From Gammaproteobacteria bacterium (GTDB taxonomy: Bacteria; Pseudomonadota; Gammaproteobacteria; JBCCGL01): a DNA stretch of 64,000 nucleotides. This document shows positions 29,997-39,903 of the stretch, piece after piece (position 1 is the stretch's first letter; every line of letters starts with the position of its first letter). The stretch spans positions 1,792,001 through 1,856,000 of the forward strand of contig OZ255836.1 of NCBI GenBank assembly GCA_965277715.1. Reading direction: 5' to 3'. The translations under genes and the position numbers were made by a program. The notes below the pieces were generated by a model. The model had not been told where the DNA came from. It was given only the letters and a program-made list of their open reading frames with translations, and did no database searches.

Positions 29997-31652
29997 TTAA
30001 CTGTTCTCCGAGGCCTTAAAATATGGCTTAAACGTTTTCAAATCACTATCGAGGCTGGCGTTATCCACGACTGTGGGGCGCAGAAACACCAGCAGTTCGG
30101 TTTTCACTACTTCATCCTGTTGATAGGAAAACACCTTGCCAATGATCGGCAGGCTGGATAAACCGGGCACACCGCTGCTGCGCTTGTCGATTTTGTCTTG
30201 CATCAGCCCGCCGATAATCGCCACCTGGCCGCTGTTGACGCGCAGTAGTGATTCCATTTCACGCACCTGTATCTCGGGTATGCGGTTGACCACGCCCTCT
30301 TCGGCGAGATCCGGGTTGGGGTCATTAATAAACCCCAGGATGCGCGAGATACTGGGGCGCACATTGAGGATCACCTCGTGGTTTTCGCTGATAAACGGTG
30401 TCACATTCATCACAAACCCCACTGGCACGGTATGAATTTGGGTTTCACGCGTAGCGGGCTGGGTGATTTCACCGTCGGTATTGGTAATCGCCGGGTTGAC
30501 GGAAAGGGTGAAATACACACGGTTATCCACCACTTTCAGTACCGCTGTCTGGTTGTTCAGGGCGATGATTTTCGGGCTGGACAAAATTTGTACATCGCCG
30601 AATTGATTGAGTAGCTTGAGCGTTGACAGGACATTGCCAATGCCCGCTGTCGGGTCGCTGTAACTGAGCAGGAAGTTGGGTGCAACGGTGCCCGCCGCCG
30701 CCGCGCCACCGCCGGTAAACGATTGGGCGAGACTAAAGCCTCCGCTGTCATCACTGAGCACCTGCCAGTCGACACCTGCCTGGTAGCGGTCGCTCAGGGT
30801 GATTTCCACCACAGTCGCCTCGATCAGTGCCTGGCGGCGGGCGCTGGACATGATGCGGTCGATGAAGCCCTGTAATTCAGTGTGCTGGCGGCGGGTGGCG
30901 CGCACAGAAATCAACCCGGATTCGCGGTGCACAATCACCGCATTGGTGTCGTCCGCTGTATCCGCATTGCCGGGTGTACCGAGCATCTGTGCGATATTGT
31001 TTACCAGCGAATCCCAGAACAGATTGCTGGAACTATTGTGTATCTGGGTTTGCGAGTTATTAGAGCCGCTACCGTTCGTTGCGCCGTCGATATCGACACT
31101 AATCGAACCGATTTGCGTGGCCAGATCGACCCGGCTGGTGGCGGTGCGGGACATGTTCAGGTAATCGACCGCGTAGGTTTGCAGGTAGGGTTGATCGTCT
31201 GAAATAATCAGGTGATTGTCACTCACTTGATAGCGAATCGGTGCTTGCAGGGTAATCCGGTCGAGGATTTTTATCAGGGTTTGATCGATGGCGTTGAGCG
31301 TAATCATCGCCTCGGTATCGCCAATAATGTCGATATTCAGTGCCGCGTCCCGCGCCAGTGCAAATAGTAGTTCGCGCAGGGGTACGCGGTTGACGACCAC
31401 TGTGTACGTCTCCTGCTGTGTTTGTGGTTGTGGCGCTGGCAGATAGGGTGATGTGGTTAATACGTCTGGTATTGGTGTGTCTGGTGGCGCTGTATTGGTG
31501 GGGTGGTTTGATAGCTGTGCGCTACCGGCGGGTGTATCGGTACTGATATGCCCCCCGGATAATTGAATGGGGTTGTTACGGGCACAAGCTGAGAGGCCAA
31601 TGGCTGTGATCAGCAGTATTGTGCCGATAGAACAGACTTTCCGTGTAATCAT
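29997..31652 (-). CDS. Secretin, MshL-type lipoprotein
   Basis: Lipobox LSAC, Y.VDYLN, LIEATVVE..L..GVDW, LSSPKI..LNNQ.A, IGGL and KTELLVFLRP. Confidence 0.92.
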   Translation of the reverse strand: MITRKVCSIGTILLITAIGLSACARNNPIQLSGGHISTDTPAGSAQLSNHPTNTAPPDTPIPDVLTTSPYLPAPQPQTQQETYTVVVNRVPLRELLFALARDAALNIDIIGDTEAMITLNAIDQTLIKILDRITLQAPIRYQVSDNHLIISDDQPYLQTYAVDYLNMSRTATSRVDLATQIGSISVDIDGATNGSGSNNSQTQIHNSSSNLFWDSLVNNIAQMLGTPGNADTADDTNAVIVHRESGLISVRATRRQHTELQGFIDRIMSSARRQALIEATVVEITLSDRYQAGVDWQVLSDDSGGFSLAQSFTGGGAAAAGTVAPNFLLSYSDPTAGIGNVLSTLKLLNQFGDVQILSSPKIIALNNQTAVLKVVDNRVYFTLSVNPAITNTDGEITQPATRETQIHTVPVGFVMNVTPFISENHEVILNVRPSISRILGFINDPNPDLAEEGVVNRIPEIQVREMESLLRVNSGQVAIIGGLMQDKIDKRSSGVPGLSSLPIIGKVFSYQQDEVVKTELLVFLRPTVVDNASLDSDLKTFKPYFKASENS

Positions 31653-32051
31653 GTGTGTTGCTTCGCCTGAATAAACCCGATCCTTGTTTTTATCGGCAGG
31701 AAATCCATTAACTATACTGATAATTAACGGTTTCTTTGTAGGTGTGCGCTACCCTGCGATGCGAAAACCGATCGATCCATTGCCAGAATCGGGATTATTA
31801 AACAACGGTGGATTTTTCGGTGATTTGTCATACTGTATCGACTGGCAGAATAAATCTGTGAAAAATTACCTTTTTTCAGGTTTTAGTTACATTGTGTTGA
31901 GTGTATGGAAAGATCTTGGATGTAGTGAGTACGAACTGCATCAGTCCCAGTTTATGTAAATCTGTTATTCCCGTGTCTTTGTAATAAACCGACCCTAATT
32001 GACCTCCCCAGTCAGATGGTAGTAGCCACGAATGAAAAGGCCAAATTCACT

Positions 32052-32157
32052 CGGCTGCCTATGTGTGAAGGGTTACGCAGTATGAATTTATCCAATAGCG
32101 TGGCAGTGGCGGTTTTATCAGGTGTGGCGACAAATGGGGCTCTATGGCCGTGTGTAA
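32052..32157 (+). pseudogene. trmL: C-terminal remnant of TrmL/SpoU tRNA methyltransferase, frameshifted
   Basis: RLPMCEGLRSMNLSNSVAVAV followed, after a 1-nt shift, by YQVWRQMG; this matches TrmL R.PM....RS.NLSN..AV..YEAWRQ.G. Confidence 0.65.
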
Positions 32158-32176
32158 AACGCACTGCTAAAACAGT

Positions 32177-32710
32177 CTATTTCCCGATAAGCTGGGCCAG
32201 TTGGTTAAACCAGGCCACCAGGTCGTCCAGTGAAAATACGGCATTTGCCGGGCTGGGGTTGGGTGCTACAAATACACTGGATTGGCCAATTTTATTGTCT
32301 TGCAGCCCCCACGGTACGGATTGTGACGCCGTATGCGCTGCGTATTTCACATAGTTTTTATATGCCACCTTACCGTGAAACCACACGAGCCCTGGCTGGT
32401 AGCACAGTAACTTTTCCTCCAGTACGGGCACCCACTGCTTAAAATCGGCGGCGCGCAAATCACCTGCGCCCGCTGTCGGGCGCTTAACCGTATCGGTAAA
32501 TCCTATCCGCTCGCGCTCAAGCATGTGTTGCATCGATTCACGCGAAGGCGTTAGCGGGTTTTGCAGTAGCCGGGATTGGTTCAGGGCGGGCCAGAACCGA
32601 TTGCGCCTGCCGGAAAAATAATAACCATCGCGCACAGACGGTAACGAGGGGTTAAGCCCAACAGAGATCATGCACAAATCGTGATCGAGGTAGTCGCTGA
32701 GGGTTTGCAT
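32177..32710 (-). CDS. mug: G:U/T mismatch-specific DNA glycosylase
   Basis: VGLNPS, NRFW..L, IGFTD.VKRPT and PNPSPAN. Confidence 0.88.
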   Translation of the reverse strand: MQTLSDYLDHDLCMISVGLNPSLPSVRDGYYFSGRRNRFWPALNQSRLLQNPLTPSRESMQHMLERERIGFTDTVKRPTAGAGDLRAADFKQWVPVLEEKLLCYQPGLVWFHGKVAYKNYVKYAAHTASQSVPWGLQDNKIGQSSVFVAPNPSPANAVFSLDDLVAWFNQLAQLIGK

Positions 32711-32715
32711 TTGAA

Positions 32716-33330
32716 TTAATCCGGTCGCTGGATAAAAATTTTCTCACCAAACGTGCTGTATTCACCGCCGCCGAGCCTGCCGATGGGGTCAATTTTTTCG
32801 GCCAGAATCTTGCGGCGGTTTTTCGCGTCCAGGGTGACAACATCATCGTCGGTGTAGGTGTATTGGATACGGCCAAAGAGCAGGCACTGCGCCGAGTTGC
32901 CAATCTCTTCAGATTTCTCCAATGTGCAGGCAAATGCGATGCGGCACGCGGCCAGTCGCGGCAGTCGAAAACCATCAAATTCGGTCAGCTCAAGGCCGAG
33001 TTTTTCCACTTCAGACACGCCACTGGGCAGCGTGGCGGAGCTTTGCGTCATTGCATTCGCCATTTCCCGGTGGGCGATGTGCACTACAAATTCCTTCCGC
33101 GCTTCAATATTGGTGCGGGTATCTTTGTCGCTGCCATCGTTTTGCCGGGCGATGGATAGCATTATAAGGGGTGGATCACTGCACACTGCGTTGAAATAGG
33201 AGAAGGGCGCGAGGTTGAAATTGGCTTCCTGATTTTCTGATAATACCCAGGCGACCGGGCGCGGGATAATGGTTTGGATCATGGTCATATAGGCTTGCGC
33301 GGGCGATAGGGTGTTCATATCGATAATCAT
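32716..33330 (-). CDS. Flavin reductase family protein (DIM6/NTAB)
   Basis: IIPRPVAWV, NLAPFSYFN, KDT..NI and IGRLGG..Y. Start placed at ATG 33330 because the longer track start lies only 11 bp from the divergent gene. Confidence 0.88.
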   Translation of the reverse strand: MIIDMNTLSPAQAYMTMIQTIIPRPVAWVLSENQEANFNLAPFSYFNAVCSDPPLIMLSIARQNDGSDKDTRTNIEARKEFVVHIAHREMANAMTQSSATLPSGVSEVEKLGLELTEFDGFRLPRLAACRIAFACTLEKSEEIGNSAQCLLFGRIQYTYTDDDVVTLDAKNRRKILAEKIDPIGRLGGGEYSTFGEKIFIQRPD

Positions 33331-33433
33331 GGAAAATTCCTGGCAGTGATTGTGCAATAGCGTGGATGGGGTAACCGTGGTTACAATGGTAGAAGACAAT
33401 AGTCTATCCCAATAACTCTGCAAAGGTGCTCCA

Positions 33434-34048
33434 ATGAAATTGCGTTATTCCCCTACGTCGCCCTATGTGCGTAAAGTCTCTATCACCGCTATTGAGTTGG
33501 GCCTTGCCGGGCAGCTCGAACACATCGATACCAATCCCTGGGACGCCAATTCGGATATTGTTACCGATAACCCGCTGGGCCGTGTGCCTGCACTAAGCAC
33601 CGATGCGGGTGAGTGTCTGTACGACAGTGTGGTGATATGTGAGTACCTCGATTCGCTGTCTACGGCGCAGACTTTGTTTCCTGCGGATGGGTCACGTTGG
33701 GTAGTATTGCGCCAGCATGCGTTGATGAACGGTGTGTTGGATGCGGGGATTAATGCATTTATTGAGCGGATGCGGCGGCCAGATAATCTGCAGTGGGGAG
33801 AGTGGGTGGATTTTCAGTTGGCGGCGGTTGTGCGTGCGTTGGCGGTGATGGCGGGGGAGGTGGCTGGCTTCAATGGGCAGCCATTGAATATTGCGCATAT
33901 TACCGCAGGGGCGGCGCTGGGTTATCTGGATTTTCGTTTTGCTGATGATGTTGACTGGCGTGCCATGCATCCAGAATTGGCTGATTGGTATGCGGGGTTT
34001 TCGCAGCGTGAGTCTATGCAGGTGACGGTGCCAAGAATGCCGCAGTGA
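33434..34048 (+). CDS. Glutathione S-transferase family protein
   Basis: SPTSPYVRKV, NPLGRVPAL, LYDSVVICEYL and LGYLDFR. Confidence 0.92.
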   Translation: MKLRYSPTSPYVRKVSITAIELGLAGQLEHIDTNPWDANSDIVTDNPLGRVPALSTDAGECLYDSVVICEYLDSLSTAQTLFPADGSRWVVLRQHALMNGVLDAGINAFIERMRRPDNLQWGEWVDFQLAAVVRALAVMAGEVAGFNGQPLNIAHITAGAALGYLDFRFADDVDWRAMHPELADWYAGFSQRESMQVTVPRMPQ

Positions 34049-34191
34049 TCATTTGGTTTTTTATACTAATACATCCCCAGTTTTAAATTGATTAATATAT
34101 AAGGCTACTTAGGTAAGTAGCCAATATATCAGAGGCACAATCTGATTGTTGATTGTATGGAGGCTTACCTTGATGCATTGCCTGCCTGTTG

Positions 34192-35184
34192 TTAGCGGCC
34201 TACTGGAGATAGGTCTACATTGCCCCCAGTAAGAATGATGCCCACCCGCTTTCCGGAAAATATAGTGGGGTTGGCAAAGATTGCCGCCAGCGCAACGGCG
34301 GAAGAAGGTTCTACGATAATTTTCATGCGTTGCCAAATCAAACCCGTGGCCTCGATAATTTGCTGTTCGCTCACGCGTAAAATATCGGTGAGGTGTCGGT
34401 GGATAATGGGGAATGTCAGCGAACCGAGGGAGGTTTTCAGCCCGTCTGCGATGGTGTTGGGGGCATCTTCTTCGATAATATAACCCGCCTTAAATGATCG
34501 GTAGGCGTCGTCCGCATTGTGGGGTTCGGCGGCATAGACGGTGATGTTTTGCCTGGCCGCCGCCGCGCTGATGGCACAACCGCTGATTAATCCACCCCCG
34601 CCCACTGGCGCGACGATAATTTCCAGTTCATCGATTTCTGTCAATAACTCCAGTGCGCAGGTTGCCTGCCCGGCAATGACATCGGTGTTGTTGTAGGGGT
34701 GTACAAAGTGTGCACCACACTTTTCAGTGATGGCGTTGAGTGTGGCTTCACGTGCCGCATTGCTGGCGGCGCAGGTAACAATTTCCCCACCGTAATGGCG
34801 CACAGCATCTTGCTTAACCTGGGGGGCATTTTCCGGCATTACCACGGTAGCGGAGATTCCCCGGTTGGCGGCGGCACAACAAAGTGCGGCACCATGATTG
34901 CCCGATGAGTGCGTTGCAACGCCATTGGCCGCGTCCGTATCGGGCAGTGCAAATACAGCGTTGTGGGCACCACGCGCTTTAAAGGCACCGGTTTTCTGGA
35001 AATTTTCACATTTGAAAAATAATTGTGCACCGGTGATTTTATCAAAGGTTGTACTGGTCAGTACCGGGGTGTTGTGTACCCATGGTCGGATGCGTGTGTG
35101 TGCGGCGTGCACATCGTCAATGGTGGGTGGTGTGGTTATTGTGGTCGAGGGTGGCTGTGTAGCCTGGTTTGCATTGCTGGACAT
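34192..35184 (-). CDS. PLP-dependent serine racemase / threonine dehydratase family
   Basis: KCENFQKTGAFKARGA, HSSGNHG, PVGGGGL, VEPSSA and TGGNVD. Confidence 0.92.
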   Translation of the reverse strand: MSSNANQATQPPSTTITTPPTIDDVHAAHTRIRPWVHNTPVLTSTTFDKITGAQLFFKCENFQKTGAFKARGAHNAVFALPDTDAANGVATHSSGNHGAALCCAAANRGISATVVMPENAPQVKQDAVRHYGGEIVTCAASNAAREATLNAITEKCGAHFVHPYNNTDVIAGQATCALELLTEIDELEIIVAPVGGGGLISGCAISAAAARQNITVYAAEPHNADDAYRSFKAGYIIEEDAPNTIADGLKTSLGSLTFPIIHRHLTDILRVSEQQIIEATGLIWQRMKIIVEPSSAVALAAIFANPTIFSGKRVGIILTGGNVDLSPVGR

Positions 35185-35201
35185 ACATTGTTTTCCGCTT
35201 A

Positions 35202-38200
35202 TTACAATGGGTATTGTAATAAAACGCGGGTGTTGGCGTTAACGTTTTGTTGTCCCGTTACTTTGCCGTTTGGCCAGATAACTTTGATGTCGACAGCGCT
35301 TGCATCACCTAAGCCAAAGTGTTGTTCTTTGGGGTGGACTGACATATAGCCGGTGGTGCTTTGTACTTCACGGCTCATTTGCCTGCCAGAGGCGGTGACC
35401 AGTATCTTTGCACCGACAGCATCGCGGTTGATGCCTTTTTGACTATTGCCCACGAGCCTGACTTTTAACCAGTTGCGCTGGTGTCGTTGTGTGTTGTTTC
35501 GGTATAAGGTGGCGTGGTCGTGGTAATTGTTGAGAACAATATCCAGGTCGCCGTCGTTGTCCAGATCCAGATAGGCGGCGCTGCGGGAGTTTCCCAGTAG
35601 ATCCGCGCCACTTTGTTGGGAGCGGTTTTGTAGTTTGCCGCCTTCGTTGACAAAAAATACATTGCTCTCTTTGGTCGATACGGGAATCACAATGCCCTGC
35701 CGGGCGTTATTGTCCGGGTCTGTGTAATAGGGGTTTTCGCTGCTGTAGAGGTTGTACTCATTCATGCCATTGAGCACATATAAGTCGTCATCGCCATCGT
35801 TATCAAAGTCGAAGAAGTCGGCATCCCATGACCAGCCCGTCGATGAATAGCCGCGTTCGACCAGTTCGCTTAATTGGTAATGGGCGCCGCCCTCTGCCAA
35901 TGGGCGGGATAAAAACAGGTCGTTGGCCTCCACCACGCGCATATCTGATAGCTTGTCCGGGTTGAATTTCATGGGGGTTGTCGCGTTGGGCTGCACATAG
36001 GTTTCATCCTTGTTCATCACGACGATATTGGCGATGTAGATGTCGGGAAATGTATCCCGGTTTAGGTCGGTGCTGCTAATGCTCATGGTGTACGACGGTT
36101 TGCGGGTGCCAATTTTTGCCGCAATGTCCTCGAATTTTCCGTTGCCTTTATTGAGGTAGTAGCTGTTCACGCCAAAATCGTTGCCAACAATCAGGTCTTG
36201 CAGGGTGTCGTTGTTTAAGTCGGTATGCGTTACCGCTTGCGTCCAGCCGGTGTTATTGAACGATTCATCGATGGCTACCTCACGGAATGTAAATCCGCCC
36301 AGGTTTTTGAACAGTTTATTGGGCAAGCCGTTGTCGTTATATCTTTTTAAGGTGGGTAAAACGCCGTGCAGGTAATCGCCAAAATAGGTGATATAGATAT
36401 CCAGCAGGCCATCGTTGTCGTAATCCAATAAGGTGGCTGGCCCACCCACCAGACCTTTCCCACCCAATTTGGCCTGCGCAGTGACATCTTCAAATGTGGC
36501 ATTGCCCCGGTTTTTGAACACCCGGTGGTTATCATCAACGTAGGTGATAACAATATCCTGTAAGCCATCGTTGTCCAGGTCGGCGATCAGCGGTTGCCTG
36601 GGTTCTCCCGGTTGTTGATCTTCCGGGCGGCGCCATTGCAGGCCGGATGTGGCACTGACATCGATAAAGCGTTCGCCGCGCTGGTTTAGGTACAGGTGGT
36701 TGCCCAGGCCACTGAGCAACAGGATATCCACAAATCCGTCAGCATTAATATCTTCAGCGGCGACGCCTGCGCCACCAAATGCAGGGGGGATGGTGATAAT
36801 CCCGGTGTTTTCATCTTTCTTTAAATAGCTGCGCAATTGGCGGCTCAACCAATCGGATGACCGGTGTAAATGCGTGATGCCATAGGGCTGTGTAATATCG
36901 GTAAAATAACCGGATTGCGCCGCATCGGTCACTGTGGGTGTCGATGTGATGGCTGCCTGCTGGGCATCTACGGTGGGTTGCGCATTATTCCCGGTTATGC
37001 GCTCGTTGATGCGCGCAATCGCCAGAGCTACGTGGTCGGCTTTAATCCGGTTATCGCCCTGTTCTTTTCCCACCTGGCCCACCAGTCGTAATAAAAGTAC
37101 ACCAAATTGTGCAATATTCTCGGCGAGTAATTCGGCAGCAAACGGGTCTGGCGCGAGCTGACCATTAAATTCCGGGTGCTGAATGGCGAACTGGAGATAG
37201 CGCCAGTGGTTACCGCTGTCCCGAAATGCATCCATATCGTAGGATTCAATGGGCACCTGCCTGGTAGGGGGCAGGCGTGGGAAAAAGATAACATCCTCGT
37301 ACTGATTGACCTGGTGCGGAATAAAATGCTGAATAAAAGCGCTGACATCGCTTTCTCTGATCAGGTTGTGTTTATGGTGGTTGGCGACAATTTCCGCCCC
37401 TAGATAAAGATCATTGGCAAAGACGATAACCGCTTCTTGAAAAAGACCGATAAAACGCTGGCTTTCCTGTTGCGTTTCCGGCCAGCGGTTTTTGCTTAGA
37501 AAGACTTGCAGGTTGCGAATAAACAGTTGGTTACTGACCTGGTTGTATTGCTTATAAGAGGCGACTTTCTGGTCGATAATACTGTGCAAAACGGTAAGCC
37601 CTGCTTCTCCCGTATTATTTGATGCAGATACGGGTGTCGGGACTGTCTTATCGGTTTGTTGTGGCGTCTCGATGCTGAGCAGTTGTTGCCAGGTTTCGCG
37701 TAGCAGGGTTTCGCTAATCTGGTATTGGTTGTTGCGGCGGGCGCGTTGGTCGGCAATCTTGAGAACGGCCAATGCAAACAAATCCAGCGTTTGCTTTAGT
37801 TGATCGATTGTGTCACGAGATAGCGGCAGGGTGTGTTTGTTTCCAGTCAATATATATTCCTGCTGTACCGCTAACAGCGCCCGTAGAGAATAGGCAATAC
37901 TAGCGTATTGGCGCAGGTCGTTTTTGTGGATAGTAACCTCAATACGGTCGTTGAAATGCAGTGCCCAATGCTGGTTGGTGTCAGGGGTGTAGCTGAATAT
38001 TTTTGCGGTGGCGGCGTCTAGTTGTGCTGGATTTACCTGTTTGTATTTCAGTGCCAGTGCGCTGGCCGAGGCTTGTTTCCACAGGTGTTGAATAAAAGCG
38101 CGCGATAGGTCGTTTTTTGCAAACCGGGCCGGTGATGACAACGGCGTGCCAAACATAAAATCCTCCAGGCGTGAGGCGGTGGCATAGCACTTGGGTTCGT

Positions 38201-38339
38201 TATCGCCTTCCAGATTTTTGATTGCACTAGTGATTTCCTGCAGGCTTTGGGTGTCTGCGAGGGATGCCAGTGGCGCTATTAACGCAATTAAAAATATCGT
38301 GTGTAGGCAGGTTTTTATTGAGCACACGGGCTTATGCAT
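35202..38339 (-). CDS. Secreted protein: four histone-fold-like repeats + FG-GAP (CRTAC1-like) beta-propeller + ASPIC/UnbV domain
   Basis: Signal-like IFLIALIAPLASLA; multiple DxDxDGxxD blades; GWSWDADFFDFDNDGDDD; C-terminal NRDAVGAKI...HFGLG..VIWPNG. Four 44-aa helical repeats align with the archaeal histone fold. The track start is 38387. Confidence 0.85.
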   Translation of the reverse strand: MHKPVCSIKTCLHTIFLIALIAPLASLADTQSLQEITSAIKNLEGDNEPKCYATASRLEDFMFGTPLSSPARFAKNDLSRAFIQHLWKQASASALALKYKQVNPAQLDAATAKIFSYTPDTNQHWALHFNDRIEVTIHKNDLRQYASIAYSLRALLAVQQEYILTGNKHTLPLSRDTIDQLKQTLDLFALAVLKIADQRARRNNQYQISETLLRETWQQLLSIETPQQTDKTVPTPVSASNNTGEAGLTVLHSIIDQKVASYKQYNQVSNQLFIRNLQVFLSKNRWPETQQESQRFIGLFQEAVIVFANDLYLGAEIVANHHKHNLIRESDVSAFIQHFIPHQVNQYEDVIFFPRLPPTRQVPIESYDMDAFRDSGNHWRYLQFAIQHPEFNGQLAPDPFAAELLAENIAQFGVLLLRLVGQVGKEQGDNRIKADHVALAIARINERITGNNAQPTVDAQQAAITSTPTVTDAAQSGYFTDITQPYGITHLHRSSDWLSRQLRSYLKKDENTGIITIPPAFGGAGVAAEDINADGFVDILLLSGLGNHLYLNQRGERFIDVSATSGLQWRRPEDQQPGEPRQPLIADLDNDGLQDIVITYVDDNHRVFKNRGNATFEDVTAQAKLGGKGLVGGPATLLDYDNDGLLDIYITYFGDYLHGVLPTLKRYNDNGLPNKLFKNLGGFTFREVAIDESFNNTGWTQAVTHTDLNNDTLQDLIVGNDFGVNSYYLNKGNGKFEDIAAKIGTRKPSYTMSISSTDLNRDTFPDIYIANIVVMNKDETYVQPNATTPMKFNPDKLSDMRVVEANDLFLSRPLAEGGAHYQLSELVERGYSSTGWSWDADFFDFDNDGDDDLYVLNGMNEYNLYSSENPYYTDPDNNARQGIVIPVSTKESNVFFVNEGGKLQNRSQQSGADLLGNSRSAAYLDLDNDGDLDIVLNNYHDHATLYRNNTQRHQRNWLKVRLVGNSQKGINRDAVGAKILVTASGRQMSREVQSTTGYMSVHPKEQHFGLGDASAVDIKVIWPNGKVTGQQNVNANTRVLLQYPL

Positions 38340-38416
38340 TATCAATAGTGTCGATGGAAAAATGACCCACAAAAAAGCGTGGGTCATTGAATAAATCGAG
38401 TGTAAAGCGACAGAAG

Positions 38417-39811
38417 TCAGGGCTTTGCGCTGGCTCCCAGCAATTGGTTAACTTTTTCACTGAGGTTTTTCAAAAGGGTTGTGTTTTGCTGGATTTGCGC
38501 GTCTTTTTGGGTGAGTTTTGCTTCCAGCGCGATTATCTTCTGCTCTTTTAGTGCCAGCTTTTGATTTAACGCCTGAATTGAGGCCAGGGCTATACCGTCG
38601 CTATCCACTGTCGATATACGCCTTTTATCTGAACCCAGGCCAAACAGGTCAAAAAAGTCCTCTGCCATCGGGCCAATATGAGAAGCACCTGTGCCATCAT
38701 CTTTAAAGCGCCATTTCAAGATAGGCATATTCACCACAGCATCCAGAATGGAAAGCGGGTTAATTTCAGAAAAGTTTTCTTTCAGGGTACGGGATGATGA
38801 AGGGTTAAACGCAACTGCAGTGACCTCGCCCCGGATTAAAGCATCACCTGTTGGTGAGAGTGAAAACTCTACATTGCCATCAGAAAAGTCACCGGCCAGA
38901 AAACCACCAGCGGCAGTGAGTAATAGCCCTGTTACTCCCCCAGCACCAAATGTTTCACCTGCAGCACTCAATAATAGAGAACCTGGAGCTATACCATCTG
39001 ATTGGCCTATAAGCCACGTGTTACTGGTGTTGGTGTTATTCAGCAGAACCCTGCTGTTACTGTTAGTGCGTAGCTCCAGCAATGTGTCACCGGACCCCGC
39101 TACCCCGGTGGTTGTACTGGCGGTTTCCTCGACCAATATCCTTGCACCGCCATCGGTTGAGAACAGGTGTAAATCTGTCGTTGGGGTGTTGGTACCGAGG
39201 CCTATATCACCGGTATTTTCAATAACTAAGCTATTGTTGCCTGCGCCTGGCTGAATCCGAAAGGGCAGTAGACTGCTATTGGTCACATCGCGAATAAAAA
39301 AATTGCTTTCATTGCTACCTAAATCCCACGCCTGTGGGGTAAAGCCACTGCTACCGTTTTGTTCCAGGCGCACTGTCGGTGTATTGCCATCGACAACATG
39401 TACCTGGACAATCGCACTGCTGGTGCCAACACCAATATTACCGCTGCTGTTGACGCGCAAACTATCGGCAGGGGCGCCAGCATCGACGCGAAAAACCTGG
39501 CTATTCGCAGTAGAATCTTCAACAGCGAAGTAATTACTCCCACCATTGGCTGTATCGTTAAAAACAAAACGCCAGTCATTTGAGGGGAAGCTGGAACTAC
39601 TACTGGTATCGTCAAAATGAATACGCAGGTTGTTTTCTTTTAAGCGAAATGTATCAAAACCAAAATTTTCCCCATTGACGCAATCATTGCCCGTGCAGAG
39701 GCTGAATGTAATGATGGTGTCATCAAGATGCACAATATCGGCGTGTGCACTGGGTGTTATGGTAAGTAATATCAGCCACATCAGTGGGTTTTTTACTGTC
39801 TTTGTAAACAT
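38417..39811 (-). CDS. Secreted fibre-like protein with C-terminal peptidase S74 (intramolecular chaperone) domain
   Basis: Signal peptide (..SAHA|D), CTGNDCVNGENFGFDTFRLKENNLRI, GNIGVGT/GDIGLGT repeats, SSSRTLKEN...HIGPMAEDF..FGLG and a C-terminal coiled coil. Confidence 0.85.
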   Translation of the reverse strand: MFTKTVKNPLMWLILLTITPSAHADIVHLDDTIITFSLCTGNDCVNGENFGFDTFRLKENNLRIHFDDTSSSSSFPSNDWRFVFNDTANGGSNYFAVEDSTANSQVFRVDAGAPADSLRVNSSGNIGVGTSSAIVQVHVVDGNTPTVRLEQNGSSGFTPQAWDLGSNESNFFIRDVTNSSLLPFRIQPGAGNNSLVIENTGDIGLGTNTPTTDLHLFSTDGGARILVEETASTTTGVAGSGDTLLELRTNSNSRVLLNNTNTSNTWLIGQSDGIAPGSLLLSAAGETFGAGGVTGLLLTAAGGFLAGDFSDGNVEFSLSPTGDALIRGEVTAVAFNPSSSRTLKENFSEINPLSILDAVVNMPILKWRFKDDGTGASHIGPMAEDFFDLFGLGSDKRRISTVDSDGIALASIQALNQKLALKEQKIIALEAKLTQKDAQIQQNTTLLKNLSEKVNQLLGASAKP

Positions 39812-39903
39812 AGTTATATATCTCTAAGCATTGGGGTACCAAGGTAACGCTATACGGCGCAGAAGCCTCTGCTGGTATTGACCATTGGTTTTGGCTGGAC
39901 GCA

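Noticed and set aside
31684-31959. 91-aa ORF upstream of the secretin
   Set aside because: No motifs; it lies in the likely promoter region of the pilus operon.
38417-39811. Prophage tail gene
   Set aside because: It has a Sec signal peptide and no other phage genes nearby.
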